A stretch of 64,000 nucleotides of DNA, taken from positions 32,001-96,000 of the forward strand of contig JAWLHY010000009.1 of the NCBI GenBank assembly GCA_041690135.1, given 5' to 3'. The stretch is from Armatimonadota bacterium. GTDB taxonomy: Bacteria > Armatimonadota > SYMT01. The notes under the pieces were generated by a model. That model saw only the letters and a list, made by a program, of their open reading frames with translations. It made no database searches and was not told the origin of the DNA. The position numbers and the translations under genes were made by a program. This document shows positions 1 to 9,467 of the stretch, piece by piece (within the stretch, counting starts at the first letter, position 1; every line of letters begins with the position of its first letter).

Positions 1-716
1 ATGAAGACCCGCGCCGGATGGGCGTTGTACCAGAGGTAACCCAGGGTCGCACCGGCGAACGCCGCGCAGAAGATCACCAGTCCATGGTTGCTCACGCCTC
101 CCACGAGCCAAAGCGGCAGTCCGCTAGCGAACGCCCCCAGCGCGGTGACGGCTCCCATCGTGATCCAGACCGGCAGCGTCACGCCTGCGGCCAGGCCGTC
201 GAGGCCGTCGGTCAGGTTTACCGCGTTCGACATGCCGACCAGGATGAGCAGGTGGTAAGCCCCGAGCGCTATCTTCCCGCCGTCGATGCCCCGGCTTTCG
301 GGGAAGAGCCCGGCGGGATCGGTGAGCGCGTACCAGACGGTGAAGCCAAGCCCCACCACGATCTGCGCCGCCATCTTCTCCCGCGCCCGCAGTCCCAGGT
401 TCCGGCCGCGCTTGATGATGAGGTAGTCGTCGAGGAAACCGATGAGCCCAAAAGCGACGGTCGCCACGGCGACGGCCAGCAGAGGACCGCGTTCCGTGCT
501 GGGGGCAGGGTAGAGGAGTAACGTGACGAACACGCCCATCAGGATGATGAACCCGCCCATCGTCGGCGTGCCCTGTTTTGCCTGGTGCTCGTCCTTCAGC
601 CATTCGCTGATGTGTTGGCCGACCTTGAGGCGCTGCAACAGCGGGACCAGCAGCCAGCCGGCGGCGAGCGCTACCAGGGCCGAGATCAGGAACGGCGTGA
701 AGAGGTGACGGAGCAT
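1..716 (-). CDS. mraY: Phospho-N-acetylmuramoyl-pentapeptide transferase (partial, runs off the window start)
   Basis: Manual translation from ATG at 716 (TGATG overlap with the murF stop) gives MLRHLFTPFLISALV...KQGTPTMGG...GFLDDYL...SNAVNLTDGLDGLAAG...YNAHPARVFM. These are the MraY motifs, in the expected position after murF. Confidence 0.96.
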   Translation of the reverse strand, partial: MLRHLFTPFLISALVALAAGWLLVPLLQRLKVGQHISEWLKDEHQAKQGTPTMGGFIILMGVFVTLLLYPAPSTERGPLLAVAVATVAFGLIGFLDDYLIIKRGRNLGLRAREKMAAQIVVGLGFTVWYALTDPAGLFPESRGIDGGKIALGAYHLLILVGMSNAVNLTDGLDGLAAGVTLPVWITMGAVTALGAFASGLPLWLVGGVSNHGLVIFCAAFAGATLGYLWYNAHPARVF

Positions 717-2164
717 CAGGGGTTCGCCCCTTCGTTTTGCAGCAGCTCCCGGACGATGCTTTCCATCGCCACGCCACGGCTGCCCTTGATCAAGATGACG
801 TCGCCGGGCTTGCGATGGGGCGCCAGCCGGCGCAGGACCTCGTCGTTGGTGGCACACACTTCGATCCGGTCGGCCGGGAAACCGGCGTCCCGCGCGGCGG
901 CGGCGATCCCCTCCGCCCGGTCTCCCACGGTCACGAGGCCGGCAAGGTCATGGCCGGCGACGGCCTCACCGACACAACGATGGGCCGCTTCACTGGCCGG
1001 ACCGAGTTCCAGCATGCTGCCGAGCACGGCGATCTTCCGCAGTCCCGAAACCTCCTTCAGCACTTCCAGCGCGGCCAGTACTGCCTCGGGACTGCTGGCG
1101 TTGTAGGCATCGTCCAGGATCATGGTGCTGTCGTTCAGCCGGTGGGTCGCCATGCGCATCCCACTGATCTCGGCCTCAGCGAGGCCCCGGTTGATCCGTA
1201 GGGGCGAGACATCAAGCGCCTGGCCGACCGCCGCCGCTGCCAGCGCATTGCGCACGTTGTGCCGCCCGAGAAGGGGAATCCAGGACCAGCGGACGGACAG
1301 TCCCTTGGCGACCCGGATCGCAAACCGGCTGCCGATCTGCCCTTTGCGGTCGTCGGAGCGGGTGCCGGGACCCATATAACTGCCGCTGACCCCTTGCCGC
1401 TCACCCCGGTCGATGCCGTAGGAAAGGAGCTTGGCCCCCGCCGGAATGCGCGACTTCAAGAAATCGTAGTAGCCGTCGTCGGCGTTCAGCACCGCGGTGC
1501 CGCCTACGGGCAGGAAGTCCAACAATTCGGCTTTCGCCTCGGCGATGGCGTCCTGGGAGCCGAGCAGCTCCATGTGGGAGAGGCCGATGTTGGTAATAAC
1601 CCCGATCTCGGGCCGCGCAATACGCGCGAGATATCGGATCTGCCCTGGTCCCCGCATCGCCAGTTCGACGACGGCGACTTCATGCTGGGCATTCAACTCG
1701 AAGAGAGTGAGGGGCAGGCCGATCTCGGCATTCAGGTTTCCGGGGCTCTTGAGCGTACGGTACTGTTGGGCCAGCACGCCGGCGATCAGGTCCTTGGTGG
1801 TGGTCTTGCCGACGCTGCCCGTTACCGCGATGATCCGCACCGGAAACCGGTTGCGGTGCCAGGTGGCCAGTTGGCCGAGGGCGAGGAGGGGGTCCGGCAC
1901 CTCGATGAGGGCCCCGCCGGTCTCGCTGCCGGCCGGCAACCGCTCGCCGCGGACCACCGCGGCGACGGCGCCGCGCGCAAAGGCATCTCCCACGAACTGG
2001 TGGGCGTCGAAGCGCTCGCCGCTGAGCGCAAAGAACAGGTCTCCGGGCTGGACCTGGCGCGTATCGGTGCAGATCCGCCGGACTACCTGGTCGGAGCTGC
2101 CGCCGGGCCGACGGAGCCGGGCGTCCAGCACCCGGGCGATCAGCTCAACGGGATAGTCGATCAT
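716..2164 (-). CDS. murF: UDP-MurNAc-tripeptide--D-Ala-D-Ala ligase
   Basis: Motifs TDTR, AVTGSVGKTTTK, NLNAEIGLP, DDAYNA and KGSRG; dcw position. Confidence 0.96.
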   Translation of the reverse strand: MIDYPVELIARVLDARLRRPGGSSDQVVRRICTDTRQVQPGDLFFALSGERFDAHQFVGDAFARGAVAAVVRGERLPAGSETGGALIEVPDPLLALGQLATWHRNRFPVRIIAVTGSVGKTTTKDLIAGVLAQQYRTLKSPGNLNAEIGLPLTLFELNAQHEVAVVELAMRGPGQIRYLARIARPEIGVITNIGLSHMELLGSQDAIAEAKAELLDFLPVGGTAVLNADDGYYDFLKSRIPAGAKLLSYGIDRGERQGVSGSYMGPGTRSDDRKGQIGSRFAIRVAKGLSVRWSWIPLLGRHNVRNALAAAAVGQALDVSPLRINRGLAEAEISGMRMATHRLNDSTMILDDAYNASSPEAVLAALEVLKEVSGLRKIAVLGSMLELGPASEAAHRCVGEAVAGHDLAGLVTVGDRAEGIAAAARDAGFPADRIEVCATNDEVLRRLAPHRKPGDVILIKGSRGVAMESIVRELLQNEGANP

Positions 2165-3668
2165 TCAAGGCCTTTCGAGCTTCTTCTCGGTCGTCAAAAT
2201 GCACGGTCCGGTCCGCAAAGATCTGGTAGTCTTCGTGGCCCTTGCCGGCGATTACCACCAGATCTCCCGCCTCGGCCAGAGCCACCGCGCGAGCGATGGC
2301 TGCGCGCCGGTCGACGAGTTGTTCCCAGCGCGCGCCACCGACCTCGACCACTCCCGCCGCCACCTGCGCCAGGATCGCCTGCGGGTCTTCGCTCCGGGGA
2401 TTGTCCGAAGTCAGGATGACCTGATCCGCCAGTTGGGCGGCGATCCGCCCCATGATGGGGCGCTTGCCCCGGTCGCGGTCGCCGCCGCAACCGAATACGA
2501 CGAGGAGGCGCCGCGGCTCCAGGGCGCGGGCCGCCCGCAGGACATTCTCCAGGCCGTCGGGGCTGTGCGCGTAATCGACGATCACCCCGAAATCCTGGCC
2601 TGCGTCCACGCTTTCGAACCGGCCGGGCACGCCCGTCGCACCCCGCAGGGCGGCCAGGATCACTTCCCAGGAGATACCCAGGGCGCGCGCAGCGCCCATC
2701 GCCGCCAGTGAATTGTAGACGTTGAACAGGCCTCCCAGCGGAAGTTCCACGGGAAACTCGCCTTCGGGGGACACGACATCAAAGCGCAGCCGGGTGGCGC
2801 TGCCCTCGACGTTGCGGGCCCGCAGGGTCGGCGCCTCGCCAAGGTGCGTGTCGGTATGCTCCACGCCGTAGGTGACGACGTGACCCTCGGACATCTCCGC
2901 GAGACGGCGGCCGTAAGGATCGTCGCCGTTGATGATCGCGGTAAAGGGCTTCGTCCCCGCCTTCGGGTACTCCGTGAACAGCAGGGCCTTCGCGCCGAAG
3001 TAGTCCTCCATGTCCCGGTGATAGTCGAGGTGGTCCTGGGTGAGGTTGGTGAACACGCCGACCTCGTATTCCGCTCCCGCCGTGCGACCCTGGGCCAACG
3101 CGTGCGACGAGACTTCCATGGCGACGACCATGCCCCGACCGTCATCCGCCTGTGCCATCCGCGCGAATAGAGCCTGCAGTTCCGGGGCCTCGGGCGTAGT
3201 CCGGTCGCCGGGTAGTGCCTCGTCGTTAATGCGCGCGCCAATCGTGCCGATGACGCCGGTATTCCTACCCGCGGCCCGCGCGATCGCCTCGATCAGGAAC
3301 GTTGTAGTGGTCTTACCGTTCGTGCCGGTAACCCCGACAAGCGAGATGCGGCCCGACGGGTGGTCGTAGAACGCCCGCGACAGCGGCCCCATCGCCCGGC
3401 GGACGTCCGGCACCAGGATCGCCGGCACCGGCAGATCGTTCCGTTCCTCGTCCACTACGGCCGCCACCGCGCCCGCGGCCACGGCGGCGGGGAGGAACTG
3501 CAGACCATCGGCCTTCTGTCCACGCACGCAGAAGAAGAGGTCGCCCGGACGGACCTTGCGCGAGTCGTAGGCCAGGCCGGTCACCTGCGGGAGAGTGGGC
3601 TCCGCATCCTGTAATGGAAGGATGCGAGCTCCCTCGACTGCGGAGGCAAGCCGATGCAGCTCAGTCAT
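2145..3668 (-). CDS. murE: UDP-MurNAc-dipeptide--meso-DAP ligase
   Basis: Motifs GVTGTNGKTTT, MEVSSH, TNLTQDHLDYH, DYAHSPD, SDNPRSE (DNPR is the DAP-type motif) and AGKGHE. Confidence 0.97.
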   Translation of the reverse strand: MTELHRLASAVEGARILPLQDAEPTLPQVTGLAYDSRKVRPGDLFFCVRGQKADGLQFLPAAVAAGAVAAVVDEERNDLPVPAILVPDVRRAMGPLSRAFYDHPSGRISLVGVTGTNGKTTTTFLIEAIARAAGRNTGVIGTIGARINDEALPGDRTTPEAPELQALFARMAQADDGRGMVVAMEVSSHALAQGRTAGAEYEVGVFTNLTQDHLDYHRDMEDYFGAKALLFTEYPKAGTKPFTAIINGDDPYGRRLAEMSEGHVVTYGVEHTDTHLGEAPTLRARNVEGSATRLRFDVVSPEGEFPVELPLGGLFNVYNSLAAMGAARALGISWEVILAALRGATGVPGRFESVDAGQDFGVIVDYAHSPDGLENVLRAARALEPRRLLVVFGCGGDRDRGKRPIMGRIAAQLADQVILTSDNPRSEDPQAILAQVAAGVVEVGGARWEQLVDRRAAIARAVALAEAGDLVVIAGKGHEDYQIFADRTVHFDDREEARKALNDRLSR

Positions 3669-5448
3669 GATTATCGCCTCCGGTGTTCTTCGCCGTGCGG
3701 TAGAAACTGGCGGGGTTAGCGCCGTCTCGCAGGTCGCCGGGAGCGTCGGGGGGGATGCCGAGGAAGGTCACGCTCTGGCGGGCGATCTCCCGGAACACGG
3801 GGGCGGAAACGACGCCACCATACTGTGCCTTCCGCGGGTGCCACACGGAAACCAGGATGGCAAGCTTGGGCTGCTTCGCGGGTATAAACCCGGCGAAGGA
3901 AGCCACATAGGCGCCCGGCAGATAGCGGCCGTTCCTGGCGATCTGCGCCGTCCCGGTCTTGCCGGCAACACTGTACCCGGCGATCTTGGCACCTGTGCCG
4001 GTGCCGCCGCTTTCGCAAACCGACCGCATCAGGCCGACTAACTTGCGCGCGTTCTCCGCACTCATGACGCGCCGGGGTTTCCGCTCGGGCATCTCCATGC
4101 CGGGTGCATCCAGGACTAACCGGGGAGGCATATACATTCCGTCGTTCGCGATAGCCGCATAACCTGCCGCGATCTGGATCGGGGTGGTGACGATCCCCTG
4201 ACCGAAGCCGATGTTGACCGTGCGCATGGTGCGCCACTTCTCGGGCTTCTGCATCCAGCCGTGGACTTCTCCGGGAAACTCAATACCTGTTTTGGACTGG
4301 AACCCAAACAGGTCGAGGCGACGGTACATCTCCTGGGGGCCGACCCGCTCCGCCAGGGTGCCCGCGGCGATGTTGCAGCTCTTCTGGATCATCTTCTCCA
4401 GATCGCAGGCCCCATGGCTGCTGCCGTGGGCGCAGCGCACGCTGCGACTGCCGATCGCCCGACTTCCACCGCAGTAGACATTCGGATTGACCCCGGCCTC
4501 GAGGGCGGCGGCCGCCGTGAAGACCTTGAAGATGCTTCCCGGCTCAAACCAGTCCGTGACGGCCCGGTTGCGGCGCTGATCCGGCGTCACTTTCTTATCG
4601 TTGGGATGGAACGATGGCCAGTTCGCCATCCCGAGGACGTCCCCCGTGGCGACCTCTATCACGACGGCAGTTGCAGCTTCCGGCGACTGCTCGGCGGCTA
4701 CCTTGGCCAGTTCCGTTTCGACAAAGTGCTGGATATCCCGGTCGATCGTCAGGCGGACGTCCTTTCCGTCCTCCGGTTCCAGGAGGCGTTCCTCGGTTTG
4801 CGGGATCGCCTCCCCTGTGGCCGCCACCCGCACGCGGCGCTTGCCGTCCTTGCCGTCCAGCACCTTGTCGAACCGGAGCTCGATGGCCTCGATCCCCTTG
4901 CCGTCGATCGAAACCGAGCCGATGAGCTGGGCCGCGTCTCGCCCGGCGGGGTAGACCCGGACCGGCGACTCCTCCAACCATAGCCCCTTGAGGGCCGGCT
5001 CCTTGCGGGACTTCTCGAGGATGCCGAGGGCCAGCTTGCGATTCACCCCCCGGCGCAGGAGACTGTAGTAGCTGCCCCGCGCATCCGCGCGGGCGATGCG
5101 TTCCCGTAGCGTCTCCCGCTGCTTCTGGTCCAGCCCGAGCAACTCGCCCAGGCGGTTGGCCGTGAGGGCCGGGTCCTTGACCACCTGCGGGTTGATGGCA
5201 ATCGCTTTGGCCGGCTGGTCGATCGCGAGCTCCGCTCCACTGCGATCCCGGATCCGTCCCCGCAAGGCGTCGAGTTCGAGCGTGCGACTCTGCATTCGGG
5301 TGGCGAGGCGGGCGAAGTCGCGGGTGAGAAACCACTGGAGGTAAACCAGGCGGAAGGCGAGCAAGAGGACGCCCACCAGGAAGAGCAGGAAAATCACTTC
5401 CATGCGCCGCTTGATGATGGAGTGATCCGGATGTCGATCGGCGATCAT
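3661..5448 (-). CDS. ftsI: Class B penicillin-binding protein (FtsI/SpoVD-like transpeptidase)
   Basis: N-terminal TM helix, RGRIRDR, SxxK (EPGSIFK), SxN (SCN) and KTG. Start placed at ATG 5448 after a GGAGG RBS. Confidence 0.9.
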   Translation of the reverse strand: MIADRHPDHSIIKRRMEVIFLLFLVGVLLLAFRLVYLQWFLTRDFARLATRMQSRTLELDALRGRIRDRSGAELAIDQPAKAIAINPQVVKDPALTANRLGELLGLDQKQRETLRERIARADARGSYYSLLRRGVNRKLALGILEKSRKEPALKGLWLEESPVRVYPAGRDAAQLIGSVSIDGKGIEAIELRFDKVLDGKDGKRRVRVAATGEAIPQTEERLLEPEDGKDVRLTIDRDIQHFVETELAKVAAEQSPEAATAVVIEVATGDVLGMANWPSFHPNDKKVTPDQRRNRAVTDWFEPGSIFKVFTAAAALEAGVNPNVYCGGSRAIGSRSVRCAHGSSHGACDLEKMIQKSCNIAAGTLAERVGPQEMYRRLDLFGFQSKTGIEFPGEVHGWMQKPEKWRTMRTVNIGFGQGIVTTPIQIAAGYAAIANDGMYMPPRLVLDAPGMEMPERKPRRVMSAENARKLVGLMRSVCESGGTGTGAKIAGYSVAGKTGTAQIARNGRYLPGAYVASFAGFIPAKQPKLAILVSVWHPRKAQYGGVVSAPVFREIARQSVTFLGIPPDAPGDLRDGANPASFYRTAKNTGGDNHD

Positions 5449-5643
5449 CGGTCTATTCCTCCAGGTCCTTCCAGAAGGACCCTCGCTCGGGTCCTTGACT
5501 ACACACCGTGCCGGTGGGGCATCAGGGGCTAAAACAGGCACGCGCCCCGCTGCAGAATGTGCGGGACGCGTGGTGAAACTGATAATCGCGCCGCCGGTTC
5601 CCTGGTCTGGTCCCGGTCGGAGCGCTCTCGCAGGGAAGCGAGT

Positions 5644-6084
5644 CTACCGGACGGGATCCGAGTCCTTGGGCGTAGGAACGCGCGCAAACTCCCGCTCCCG
5701 GGCGGGCTCCATTCCGAGGGTTTTGGCCTTCTGAAGAATCCTTCCCGGGGCCTGCTGGCGGCGGATCTCCGCTTCTAGTTCCTGGCGCTCGATCATGATC
5801 TGCTTCAACTCGGCCTTCAACTGGGCTCGCTCGTAGGCGCCGCGCATATTGAGTGTGGAGAAGAACACATACCCCACCAGGAACATTACGGGGATCAGCG
5901 TCAGCACGATCGCTCGTTGCACCGGTCCAAAGCCCGTGCGCTTGCGCGCGCCGGCCTGGGGCTTCCGGGCCACCACCCGGAAACGGGGCTGGTACTGGGC
6001 CTGTTCCGACGGGGGGGCGGACATCTCCTCGCCCTCGTCTTCCCAGTAGTCTTCGATTCTGGCTGCTGCGCTGGCCGGGGGCAC
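5644..6084 (-). CDS. ftsL: FtsL-like cell division protein
   Basis: Single TM helix, then a coiled coil ending in RILQKAKTLGM; lies between rsmH and ftsI. GTG start after GGAGG. Confidence 0.65.
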   Translation of the reverse strand: MPPASAAARIEDYWEDEGEEMSAPPSEQAQYQPRFRVVARKPQAGARKRTGFGPVQRAIVLTLIPVMFLVGYVFFSTLNMRGAYERAQLKAELKQIMIERQELEAEIRRQQAPGRILQKAKTLGMEPAREREFARVPTPKDSDPVR

Positions 6085-6216
6085 GTTCCTATCCTCCAAG
6101 CAAATATTCGGCGCGCGCCGAATCGGGCCACAGGAAAACTGCAGGTCCAATCGGGGCGGAAGCTGCCGGTCGGAGAGCCGCGAAACAACGCCCTTCTCCC
6201 CGATCGGACAGGCCAG

Positions 6217-6225
6217 ATTATAGCA
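6217..6225 (-). promoter_or_regulatory. Extended -10 promoter (TGcTATAAT) for ftsL-ftsI-murE-murF-mraY
   Basis: Perfect TGnTATAAT on the minus strand, ~130 bp upstream of the ftsL-like start, in an otherwise GC-rich region. Confidence 0.6.
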
Positions 6226-6318
6226 TCAAGAATGCCTTTTCCGTCACCCCCTTTTATCGCCGTTTGGTAGCACTCCTGGTGGGCCGGAAGTAGGATACGC
6301 ACTACATCTCGCCCCGTG

Positions 6319-6362
6319 AGGATAAAGACAAGGATAACGATTGCGAAGGATAAGGATAAGGG
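6319..6362. repeat. Degenerate hexamer tandem repeat (GATAAG-like)
   Basis: Units gataaa gacaag gataac gattgc ... gataag gataag. Confidence 0.6.
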
Positions 6363-6389
6363 ATCCTGGATTTCAGGAATGGAAATGAG

Positions 6390-6519
6390 GGTCGCTGCGA
6401 GGCGGGATAGAGCCCAGCCGACTCCACTGACCACAAGCCGCCCCAGAGCACGAGGGCAGCCTCTTTCCAATCCGCAGCCGCACGTGAGCTTCGAAAGGGC
6501 GCTGACCGCAGCAGCGACC
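6390..6519 (-). ncRNA. Candidate rod-like structured RNA in the rsmH-ftsL spacer
   Basis: Perfect 9-bp closing stem GGTCGCTGC/GCAGCGACC with nested stems; mismatches read mostly as G-U pairs on the minus strand. No family recognised. Confidence 0.3.
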
Positions 6520-6706
6520 AGGACGGGGGTTGTCCGTGGTCGAGCACTGTCTCCACTCACCAGGGGGACTGCCACGACCGGCATTGCGGCGGAGCACGTC
6601 AAGTTAGCGGCTAACAGCACGTACGCACTTCTCGGATCGGTGCCGGTCTGGCCGGTCTCGCAATGACGCCGTTGTCCTTGTTATCGACGTAGCGTCGGCA
6701 TCGGAA

Positions 6707-6737
6707 GTAACTGACCTAGCCTGGCCGGGTCAGTTAC
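6707..6737 (-). terminator. Hairpin at the rsmH stop
   Basis: 10-bp inverted repeat GTAACTGACC/GGTCAGTTAC overlapping the stop codon; weak U-tract. Confidence 0.4.
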
Positions 6738-7717
6738 GGCACCTTCTCGACCGCCCGCAGCTTGGCACTCCGGGCACGGGGGTTGCTTTCGGTTTCCGCA
6801 TCGGTGGGGAGGACCGGCTTCCGGGTCAGGATGCGCACCGTCTCCCGCGCATCGCAGGTACAGAACGGGATTTCCGGGGGACACTGACACCTGCCGGCCA
6901 GATGTTCGAAGGTCCGCTTCACGATGCGGTCTTCCAGGCTGTGATAGGAGAGCACCACCACCCGGCCGCCCGGGGAGAGATGGTCGGTGGCGGCGCGAAG
7001 GGCCGGCTCGAGGGCATTGAGCTCGTCGTTTACGGCAATGCGTAGTGCCTGGAAGGTGCGGGTGGCCGGGTGGATCCGGCCGTGGCGCTCCTTCTCCGGG
7101 TAGGCTCCCCAGATAGCGTCCACTAGGTCCTGCGTGGTCTCCAGCGGCCGTTGTACGCGGCGCTCCGCGATCCGGCGGGCGATGCGCCGGGAGTGGCGCT
7201 CTTCTCCGTACTCCCACAGGATACGCGCCAGCTCGGCCTCCGGCAGCTCATTGATCAGGTGGGCGGCGCTGGTCGGCTCCTCCGGGTCCATCCGCATGTC
7301 GAGCGGTCCGCTGACGCGGAAGCTGAATCCCCGCTCGCGCAGGTCGAGTTGCATCGATGAAACGCCGAAGTCGAACAGGAAGCCGTCCGCGGTGGAGATG
7401 CCCTCCTGCTCCAGGGCGTCTCCCACGTGGCGAAAGTCCGTGCGGATCGGTAGAAAGGGGCACGCATTCCAGCTCCACTCCCGGCAAGCGGCCTGGATCC
7501 GCTCGCCGGCTCGGCGCAGCGCTTCCGGGTCTCGATCGAGTCCGATCACGCGCCCTTCCGGGCCCACTTTGCGCAGCAGCTCCAGGCTGTGCCCGCCCAG
7601 GCCGAGGGTACCGTCGACCATGGTCTCGCCGGGCGTGGGCGCGAGATACTCCAGGCATTCCGAAAGCATGACCGGGAGATGGGTCGCCGGGGGCGGGGTG
7701 GGGTTGGGTGTGTCCAT
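6734..7717 (-). CDS. rsmH: 16S rRNA m4C1402 methyltransferase
   Basis: Motifs HLPVM, DGTLGLGGHS, DFGVSSMQLD, RGFSF, PLDMRM, HPATRTFQALRIAVN, SYHSLEDR and NPRARSAKLR. Confidence 0.97.
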   Translation of the reverse strand: MDTPNPTPPPATHLPVMLSECLEYLAPTPGETMVDGTLGLGGHSLELLRKVGPEGRVIGLDRDPEALRRAGERIQAACREWSWNACPFLPIRTDFRHVGDALEQEGISTADGFLFDFGVSSMQLDLRERGFSFRVSGPLDMRMDPEEPTSAAHLINELPEAELARILWEYGEERHSRRIARRIAERRVQRPLETTQDLVDAIWGAYPEKERHGRIHPATRTFQALRIAVNDELNALEPALRAATDHLSPGGRVVVLSYHSLEDRIVKRTFEHLAGRCQCPPEIPFCTCDARETVRILTRKPVLPTDAETESNPRARSAKLRAVEKVP

Positions 7718-7740
7718 CTGGAAAAGCTCATTCAAATGCG

Positions 7741-7775
7741 AAAACCGCTGGACCGGCGCGGCCGGTCCAGCGGTT
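7741..7775 (-). terminator. Intrinsic terminator downstream of the ferredoxin gene
   Basis: Perfect 15-bp stem AACCGCTGGACCGGC/GCCGGTCCAGCGGTT ending in TTTT on the minus strand. Confidence 0.55.
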
Positions 7776-7913
7776 CGATTTTCCCACCTGCGCGCGGTTA
7801 ACACACGGAGGTGGTCGCACTGCTCCTCGCTTCGTTCCGGTGCACTCTCGCCGGATCACTCTGGCCGGTGCTCACCGGAGAAGCGGATTCTATGTGAAGC
7901 CCGGTGCTGCCGA

Positions 7914-8165
7914 TCAGGAGGCGAAGAACTCCTTGTTCAGGCTGATGTAGTTGGTCCACTCCTCCGGTACGTCATCTTCCGGGTAGATGGCGCTCACCGG
8001 GCACTCCGGCTGGCACACCCCGCAGTCGATGCATTCATCCGGGTGGATGAAGAGCATTTCCGGGAAGCCTTCCTTCGAGCCCTCATAGATGCAGTCTACC
8101 GGGCAGATTTCGACGCACGCCTTGTCCTTGACGCCGACACACGGCTCGCAGATCACGTAAGCCAT
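7914..8165 (-). CDS. Ferredoxin (FdxA-type, 7Fe/8Fe dicluster)
   Basis: MAYVICEPCVGVKDKACVEICPVDCIY...CIDCGVCQPECPVSAI. Confidence 0.93.
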   Translation of the reverse strand: MAYVICEPCVGVKDKACVEICPVDCIYEGSKEGFPEMLFIHPDECIDCGVCQPECPVSAIYPEDDVPEEWTNYISLNKEFFAS

Positions 8166-8467
8166 GACTCGTAACCCTTTCCTCAAGTCGCAGAACGTCC
8201 CAGGCCTTCACCCGCCCCGAGAGGCGCGATCGGTCCAGAACGACGCGCTGGGCAACAGAATGTCGCACTTGCCGGCAGACGGTACACAGAATGTCTGCCG
8301 GACGCCTATAAGAGAGACGGCCGTGTTCACCCGAGTGGGTGGACCAGGCAACCGGGTTCTCCCAGTCCATTATCCGGCTCCGCGCCCGGCCCCGTCACAC
8401 TTTTCCTCGTGGCCTCGCACTCGGGTCCCATCTCGATCGCGATCGTAAACGGTCGTGGTTTTCCGCT

Positions 8468-8962
8468 TCAGCTTGCCGACTGCGGGTTGTGCCGTGGATC
8501 TTCTTCAAGCAACCGCCGCAGCCCCTCGCCTACCGGCACGTTGATGAAGAGCGCTCCCAGAAACTCCTGCGAATCGTTGCGGAGCTCGTGCTCCGCGTCC
8601 GGAGGGATGTACGCGACGTCGCCCGCCTTAACCGCCGCTTCTTCCTCGCCAATCCGGAACCGCCCCGTCCCACTGGTGATCACCACCAACTCCTCGGCGT
8701 CCGGGTGTACGTGCAGTTCCTGGACGTGCCGGCCTCCCGGCGGGATCCAGGCGTGGTGGACAAATTGGATGGTCCGCAGACAGTTTCGCGGCGGCGGGAC
8801 CGGCGTGTGTGCCAGTCGCCGGACCGGCGCGGGAAGCTCGCTGCGGTCGCGGAGGTTTCCCTCCTCGTCCCGGACCATGAAATGCACCGTGCGGACCGGG
8901 TTGTCGTAAAGCACGCTGCCGATGACGTTGTAGACCTGCTCTCGCCAGTCAGTTATGGGCAC
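8468..8962 (-). CDS. Cupin domain protein
   Basis: Cupin metal motifs HVHPDAEE and GDVAYIPPDAEHELRN; GTG start after AAGGAG. Confidence 0.85.
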   Translation of the reverse strand: MPITDWREQVYNVIGSVLYDNPVRTVHFMVRDEEGNLRDRSELPAPVRRLAHTPVPPPRNCLRTIQFVHHAWIPPGGRHVQELHVHPDAEELVVITSGTGRFRIGEEEAAVKAGDVAYIPPDAEHELRNDSQEFLGALFINVPVGEGLRRLLEEDPRHNPQSAS

Positions 8963-8998
8963 GCTCAGACTCCTTTGAGGCCGTTTGCGGGTGTTGAA

Positions 8999-9025
8999 CC
9001 ACGAAGGCACGAAGGACACGAAGGA
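8999..9025. repeat. Short CACGAAGG-type tandem repeat
   Basis: cacgaagg cacgaagga cacgaagg; related units on the opposite strand at ~52787-52820. Confidence 0.55.
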
Positions 9026-9155
9026 TGGAAGGGAAGAGTGAGGAGCGGACCCCGAACGGCGCCTATCGAGGCGGGATTGCCACTGCTGCGACCCAGTAGG
9101 AGTTCAGTTCCCGGAACGTCCTTCCGAAGTGAGCCTGGTTCAATGTCGCCGAAAC

Positions 9156-9312
9156 GGGGCTTCAACCCTTGGCGCCCGAGGGGCTTCAACCCCTGGCCCC
9201 CAAGGGGGGCCTAACCTTCCACCTTCCACCTTCCACTTTCAACTTCCAGCCTTCAACTTCCAACCTTCCAACCTTCCAACCTTCCAACCTTCCAACCCCT
9301 GGCCCCAACCCT
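9156..9312. repeat. REP-like doublet plus hepta/octamer tandem array
   Basis: Two copies of GGGGCTTCAACCC(T/C)TGGC (24-bp period), followed by roughly a dozen ACCTTCC/AACCTTCC-type units. Confidence 0.8.
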
Positions 9313-9467
9313 GGATTAACGTGGAACCTCACCGCGAAAAGTGGGTCTGAGGTTAGGACCGCCCGTGATATTGAGCACAACGGAAGCGGGGCACTTGCAC
9401 GTGAACGTGCCGTGATTAGGTGGGCCGCCGTGAGGCTGCCGGTACGTGGATGCAGGGGAAGAACTGA

